64,000 nt of DNA from Rubripirellula sp. Its GTDB lineage: Bacteria; Planctomycetota; Planctomycetia; Pirellulales; Pirellulaceae. The DNA is taken from assembly GCA_965216875.1 (NCBI GenBank), contig OZ244207.1, forward strand, positions 4,960,001 through 5,024,000. Direction: 5' to 3'. Under the pieces are notes generated by a model. That model saw only the letters and a list, made by a program, of their open reading frames with translations. It did no database searches and was not told where the DNA came from. Numbering within the stretch: position 1 is the first letter of the stretch; the number at the start of each line of letters is the position of its first letter. Below are positions 59,300-64,000 of the stretch, in pieces. The translations under genes and the position numbers were made by a program.

Positions 59300-60661
59300 C
59301 TAGTAAAGGAAGATCGTGTCGATACCGAAGGTCGTTTGACGCTCTTCGTTGCCTTCAAGCAGGGTGATGTCGGCGATCGCCAAGTTGGTGTTGCTTCCGT
59401 CAACCCAGTCCCAACGAATTTCGGGACGGATCATGACGTTTGCGTGAGGCTTGTAGTTCAAGCCGAGGGTCAACGCAAAGATGTCGTAGTCGCCCGTTGC
59501 GGTGTTGACCAATCCCGGAGGCGCTGCGGGGCCATAGTAGCCTTGGCTTCTCGCATCGAGGTTCCAGTATTCGAAGCGAGCACCCAGAGCCCAGCAGTCG
59601 TTGATGGTGTGCAACAAGTATTGGTTGATACCAAACGTCTCACGCCAGGTTTGTCCGGTTGCATCTTCGGTGTCGAGGATGTCGTTTTGGAAGATGTAGG
59701 TCAGCTTGTCGGTCAACGAAACATCGAACAACAAGGTGTGCATCCAACCACGCTCGTTGCCACCGGCGTTGTCGGCAAAGCGACCTGCAACGAGAGTCGA
59801 TACCATGGTGATGTCTTCGCACAAGTCGATCGAAGCACCGCCAAGATAGGCATCGCCATTGTCTTCAAAGCCGCTGTCCCAACCGAGGACCCAACCGCCG
59901 TAGACGTCCATATGGTCAGCGACTGCCAGCGTTCCCAGAGCACCGGTGTGCGTGAAGGGCTCGCTGTTGTACATCGTGTACGCGTGGCTGTAGAAGAAGT
60001 TGTCGGGGGCGGTCACGACTTCGTAGCCGATGATCGTGAAGAACTTACCGACCTTGAAAGTCAGTTCGCCGTAACCCGCTTCGAGGTAAGCCTGTGGGAT
60101 GGCGTGACCATAGTCTGGACCATGATCCCATGGGTTGTCCCAGTGATGGTTATCAATCCCGAAGGCTTGAGTGTCTTGTGCGTCGGTACCGTAGACATAG
60201 TCAACTCGGCCGCCGATGTCGAAACCGCATGAGGTGTCGATCGCTTGTTCGGCGTAAACCCAAGCTTGGTGAAGTTGGTACTCGTATTTGCGGCTGTTGA
60301 ACAAAGGCAGGTTGGCGCTGTGGTAGCCCAATTGAGCCCAACCGCCGATTGAGAAGCCACAGTGTTCACCGAACAGCGACAGTGGGTCGCCCAAGCAGCA
60401 TTCGCCACCGAGGCTGCCGTCGAAGATACCGCCGAAGCCGTTTGCCGTTCCGCAGCCGCCACAGTCGTTGCAGCCGCTGTCGCAGCCATCACAACTGATG
60501 TCGCAGCCCGTGTCACAGGTCACGTCATCGCAGCAGGAAACTTGCGCGATTTGCCCACGATCCAAATCGCCTGCGTAATATGCGGCGTTTTCAACGCCCT
60601 GAGCCGAGACCATCGCTCCGACTCCGAGCGAGGCCATTAGTGCCAATCCCAAACGATACAT
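59300..60661 (-). CDS. Outer-membrane beta-barrel porin (BBP2-like) with Cys-rich N-terminus
   Basis: Signal peptide; GKFFTIIGYEV, NFFYSHAY, IRPEIRWDW; C-terminal aromatic residue. Confidence 0.82.
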   Translation of the reverse strand: MYRLGLALMASLGVGAMVSAQGVENAAYYAGDLDRGQIAQVSCCDDVTCDTGCDISCDGCDSGCNDCGGCGTANGFGGIFDGSLGGECCLGDPLSLFGEHCGFSIGGWAQLGYHSANLPLFNSRKYEYQLHQAWVYAEQAIDTSCGFDIGGRVDYVYGTDAQDTQAFGIDNHHWDNPWDHGPDYGHAIPQAYLEAGYGELTFKVGKFFTIIGYEVVTAPDNFFYSHAYTMYNSEPFTHTGALGTLAVADHMDVYGGWVLGWDSGFEDNGDAYLGGASIDLCEDITMVSTLVAGRFADNAGGNERGWMHTLLFDVSLTDKLTYIFQNDILDTEDATGQTWRETFGINQYLLHTINDCWALGARFEYWNLDARSQGYYGPAAPPGLVNTATGDYDIFALTLGLNYKPHANVMIRPEIRWDWVDGSNTNLAIADITLLEGNEERQTTFGIDTIFLY

Positions 60662-60982
60662 TTGCTGGACTCCATGCCTGATGTGCGGCCATCCCTGATG
60701 CGTGGCCAACGCCGATTGATTTTTTCTTGCGACAGTTCTTGTCGAGTCTGGTCGCACCGCAAGCATCCGATGAGGCGCGTCAGGTTCGTTGAAACCATGA
60801 GTTCCGTTAGCGACAGTTCAATTGCCTGCTTTTGCGTATCGGATACGACCGGCACCAGAATCCAGCTTGACCGCATTGTCGAAGACACCGCAAACCGCCC
60901 ATCTTTACACCGGCTGTTAAACTTTGCGGCCTGCGCAAGAATCGCCTGAAATCGGGCCTGAAACGGGTCGCCGCTGGCGCAT

Positions 60983-61018
60983 GAAAAAACCTGGCGTCTC
61001 CTACGAGACGCCAGGTTT
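60983..61018 (-). terminator. Rho-independent terminator
   Basis: aaaaaacctggcgtctc-ctac-gagacgccaggttt. Confidence 0.85.
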
Positions 61019-61060
61019 CACGTTGTTTTTCAGACCGACCTCGGTCGAGACGAGCACCTC

Positions 61061-62368
61061 TTAGAAGGTAAAGATCGTGTCGATGCCGAAGGTGGTTTGG
61101 TCGTCGCCGTTTTCAACGACTTGGTTACCGGCAGCCAGAACGGCGGTGTTGTTCTCAACCCAGTCGAAGCGAACTTCGGGGCGAACGATCACGTTGGCGT
61201 GTGGCTTGTAGTTCAAGCCCAAGGTCAGCTGGTAGATGTCAGCTTCTTGCCCAACGTTGGTGTACACACCTTCGTTTTGGTACCACTCAAAGCGGCTACC
61301 AACGGCCCAGCAATCATTGATCGTGTAGATCAAGTAGTTGTTGATACCGATGGTGTCACGAAACGTAGTGTTCGTGTTGTCTTCGGTGTCGAGGTAATCG
61401 CTTTGGAAGATGTACTGCAAGTTGTCGGTCAGAGCGACATCGGCAACGATCGAGTGCATGTAACCCTTTTCAACACCGTTGAAACGAGCTTCGCCGAAGC
61501 GACCGAAAACGGTTGCGTAGGTCAGCGTGATGTCGCAGGTCAGTGCTGCAGAGAAACCACCGAGGAACGAGTCCCCGTTGTCATCAAAGCCGCTGTCCCA
61601 ACCGAGGGTGTATCCGCCGAAGACGTCGATGTCATCCGACAGATCGTAGGTCGCCAAGAAACCGGTGTGGGTAAATGGCTCACTGTTGTACATCGTGTAC
61701 GCGTGGCTGTAGAAGAAGTTGTCCGGAGCGGTCACCACTTCCCATCCGATGATGGTGTAGAAATGACCGACTTTTACGGACAAATCGCCGTATCCAGCTT
61801 CCAGGTAAACCTGTGGCAACGCGTGACCGTAGTCCGCACCGTGGTCCCAGCTGTTGTCCCAACCACGAGGGTCGGTGCCAAAGGCTTGGGTATCGGGAGC
61901 GTCGGTACCGTAGACGTAATCGATACGTCCACCGATGTCGAAGCCACAGCTGGTGTCGATGGCCTTTTCGGCCCACAACCAAGCTTGGTGAAGTTGGAAG
62001 TTATCGCGACGGCTGTTGAACAAAGAGTTAGCTTTGTTGTGGTAGCCGAGTTGGACCCAACCGCCGGCCGAGTAGCCGCATGCTTCGCCAAACAAGGCAA
62101 AGGGGTCGCCCAGATCACAATCCAAACATCCTTCCAGTGGGCAACCGGCGTCACAGCAACCCGAGTCGCAGCAACCCGAGTCACATCCTGAATCGCAACT
62201 GGTATCGCAGCAGTCAGCCACTGGCTCACAACCGCAGACGGCTTCACCACAATCGCAGTACCCAACCTGGGCAACTTCTCCCGGGTAGGTAGGGGTCTCT
62301 GCTTGAACGGCAACCGCCATTCCCAAGCAGCATAAAGAGGCCAAAATGGCCGACTTTGAAAGTCTCAT
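61061..62368 (-). CDS. Outer-membrane beta-barrel porin (BBP2-like), paralog 2
   Basis: Same motifs; C-terminal IFTF. Confidence 0.85.
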   Translation of the reverse strand: MRLSKSAILASLCCLGMAVAVQAETPTYPGEVAQVGYCDCGEAVCGCEPVADCCDTSCDSGCDSGCCDSGCCDAGCPLEGCLDCDLGDPFALFGEACGYSAGGWVQLGYHNKANSLFNSRRDNFQLHQAWLWAEKAIDTSCGFDIGGRIDYVYGTDAPDTQAFGTDPRGWDNSWDHGADYGHALPQVYLEAGYGDLSVKVGHFYTIIGWEVVTAPDNFFYSHAYTMYNSEPFTHTGFLATYDLSDDIDVFGGYTLGWDSGFDDNGDSFLGGFSAALTCDITLTYATVFGRFGEARFNGVEKGYMHSIVADVALTDNLQYIFQSDYLDTEDNTNTTFRDTIGINNYLIYTINDCWAVGSRFEWYQNEGVYTNVGQEADIYQLTLGLNYKPHANVIVRPEVRFDWVENNTAVLAAGNQVVENGDDQTTFGIDTIFTF

Positions 62369-62645
62369 TTTCCTGAACTCCGGAAGATCGCTACTTAATG
62401 CAAGCGTGTGTTTCGGACGGGTCAATCGTGCAGCGTTGGAGTCAAAGGGCTACGGACCGCCGTATGTAGATCCCAAATAACCCGCGCACTTTATGTGTTC
62501 TGCAACATCGGTTTCACGAGCGGTCCGATTGACCAGCAGAACGCCAAAAACCGTCTCAAATTGCTAGGACGACACTCCATTTGGCAAGCTTTGGCGATTA
62601 GCTCGACTTCTCCGCGCTTCGGCGGCTCCGTTGCCCCCACAACAG

Positions 62646-62683
62646 AAAAAAGCCCAGCCACCTCATTAGAGGTGGCTGGGCTC
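62646..62683 (-). terminator. Rho-independent terminator
   Basis: aaaaaagcccagccacctc-atta-gaggtggctgggct. Confidence 0.85.
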
Positions 62684-62752
62684 AAATGCTTTCAATTGCT
62701 TTGTTCGCCTCGATCCGTGGGAACCGAGGCGAGAACTCAGCTCGAAATCACC

Positions 62753-64000
62753 TTAGAAGGTGAAGATCGTGTCGATACCGAAGGTGGTTTGGTCGTTGCC
62801 GTTTTCGACAACTTGGTTACCAGCGGCCAAGACAGCTGCGTTGTTGTCAACCCAGTCGAAGCGAACTTCGGGGCGAACAACGACGTTGGCGTGTGGGCGG
62901 TAGTTCAAGCCCAAAGTCAACGCGTAGATGTCAGCTTCTTGTCCAATGTTGGTGTAAACACCTTCATTGTTGTACCACTCGAAGCGACCGCCGAATGCCA
63001 AGCAATCGTTGACGGTGTAGATCAAGTAGTTGTTCAGACCGAAGGTATCGCGAACTTTGACGTTTGCGTTGTTTTCGGTGTCGAGGTAATCGCTCTGCAG
63101 GATGTACTGCAGGTTATCGGTCAACGCCATGTCAGCGACGATCGAGTGCATGTAACCCTTTTCAACGCCATTGAAGCGAGCTTCGCCGAAGCGGCCGAAG
63201 ACGGTAGCGTAAGTCAGGGTGATGTCTTCGGTCAGAGCAGCTGAGATACCACCGAGGAACGAGTCCCCGTTGTCATCAAATCCGCTGTCCCAACCCATGG
63301 TGTAACCACCGTAGACGTCAATGTCATCCGAAACGTCGTAGGTTGCCAAGAACCCGGTGTGGGTAAATGGCTCGCTGTTGTACATGGTGTACGCGTGGCT
63401 GTAGAAGAAGTTGTCGGGAGCGGCAACAACTTCGTACCCGATCAGGGTGAAGAAGTGACCTGCTTTGACCGTCAAATCGCCGTAGCCAGCTTCGACGTAA
63501 ACTTGTGGCAGTGCGTGACCGTAGTCTGCACCGTGATCCCAGCTGTTGTCCCAACCGCGTGGGTCAGTACCAAAAGCTTGGGTGTCAGGTCCGTCCGTAC
63601 CGTAGACGTAATCGATACGTCCACCGATGTCGAATCCACAAGTGGTGTCGATGGCTTTCTCAGCGAACAACCAAGCTTGGTGAAGTTGGACGTTGTCGCG
63701 TCGGCTGTTGAACAAAGAGTTTGCTTTGTTGTGGTAGCCGATTTGAACCCAACCGCCAGCCGAGTAGCCGCAGTGCTCACCAAAGAGGGTGAAGGGGTCG
63801 CCCAAGCAGCAGTCGCCCATCAGGCCACAGCTGGGGAGCGAGAATCCACATCCGCTGTCACAGCAAGAGTCGCAACCGGAGTCGCAACAATCAGTGTCAC
63901 AGCACTCTGTGTCGCATGCGTCGCCGCATGGTTCACATCCACATACTGGTTCGCCACAGTCGCAAGCAGCTGCTGCGCAGTGGGAAACCAAATTGATATC
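62753..64000 (-). CDS. Outer-membrane beta-barrel porin (BBP2-like), paralog 3, 5' end outside the window
   Basis: Highly similar to paralog 2; frame is open to the window edge. Confidence 0.85.
   Translation of the reverse strand, partial: DINLVSHCAAAACDCGEPVCGCEPCGDACDTECCDTDCCDSGCDSCCDSGCGFSLPSCGLMGDCCLGDPFTLFGEHCGYSAGGWVQIGYHNKANSLFNSRRDNVQLHQAWLFAEKAIDTTCGFDIGGRIDYVYGTDGPDTQAFGTDPRGWDNSWDHGADYGHALPQVYVEAGYGDLTVKAGHFFTLIGYEVVAAPDNFFYSHAYTMYNSEPFTHTGFLATYDVSDDIDVYGGYTMGWDSGFDDNGDSFLGGISAALTEDITLTYATVFGRFGEARFNGVEKGYMHSIVADMALTDNLQYILQSDYLDTENNANVKVRDTFGLNNYLIYTVNDCLAFGGRFEWYNNEGVYTNIGQEADIYALTLGLNYRPHANVVVRPEVRFDWVDNNAAVLAAGNQVVENGNDQTTFGIDTIFTF

Noticed and set aside
59267..63244. Long plus-strand ORFs (59267-60232, 61097-62191, 62408-63244) and 42783-43790
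   Set aside because: Antisense shadows of real genes in GC-rich DNA, with no recognisable motifs

Overview
This is a GC-rich bacterial chromosome segment. Planctomycete hallmarks (PVC-type heme-c dehydrogenase, planctomycete extracellular signal motif, BBP2-type porins, Cys-rich exported proteins) point to a Pirellulaceae-like organism; this is an inference. The window holds part of a Tad/Flp pilus locus interrupted by a REP-associated tyrosine transposase (RAYT) with its GTAG-REP arrays, followed by a K+ channel, a CNNM protein, an OprO/P porin and an AlgI/AlgJ-like pair. It also has the prkA-yeaH-ycgB operon, an extracellular GH13 enzyme, a cupin/TOPRIM-like/AsnB-like operon, several hydrolases and oxidoreductases, an ECF sigma factor, amtB-glnK with a sigma54/NtrC-like promoter, and three tandem beta-barrel porins. 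The main result is three genes that the ORF track splits or misses because each has an in-frame TGA at a Cys-type position, followed 11-14 nt later by a hairpin with a GU-containing apical loop (bacterial SECIS-like). They are a SelW/Rdx protein (CxxU, 23791-24024), an exported FG-GAP + DsbD-N-like protein (U-C, 40901-42766) and a lipoprotein with an HMA metal-binding domain (MxUxxC, 46584-46946). All three are candidate selenoproteins; the last two appear to be exported and are the unusual ones. No selA/B/C/D, tRNA, rRNA or CRISPR was recognised in the window.
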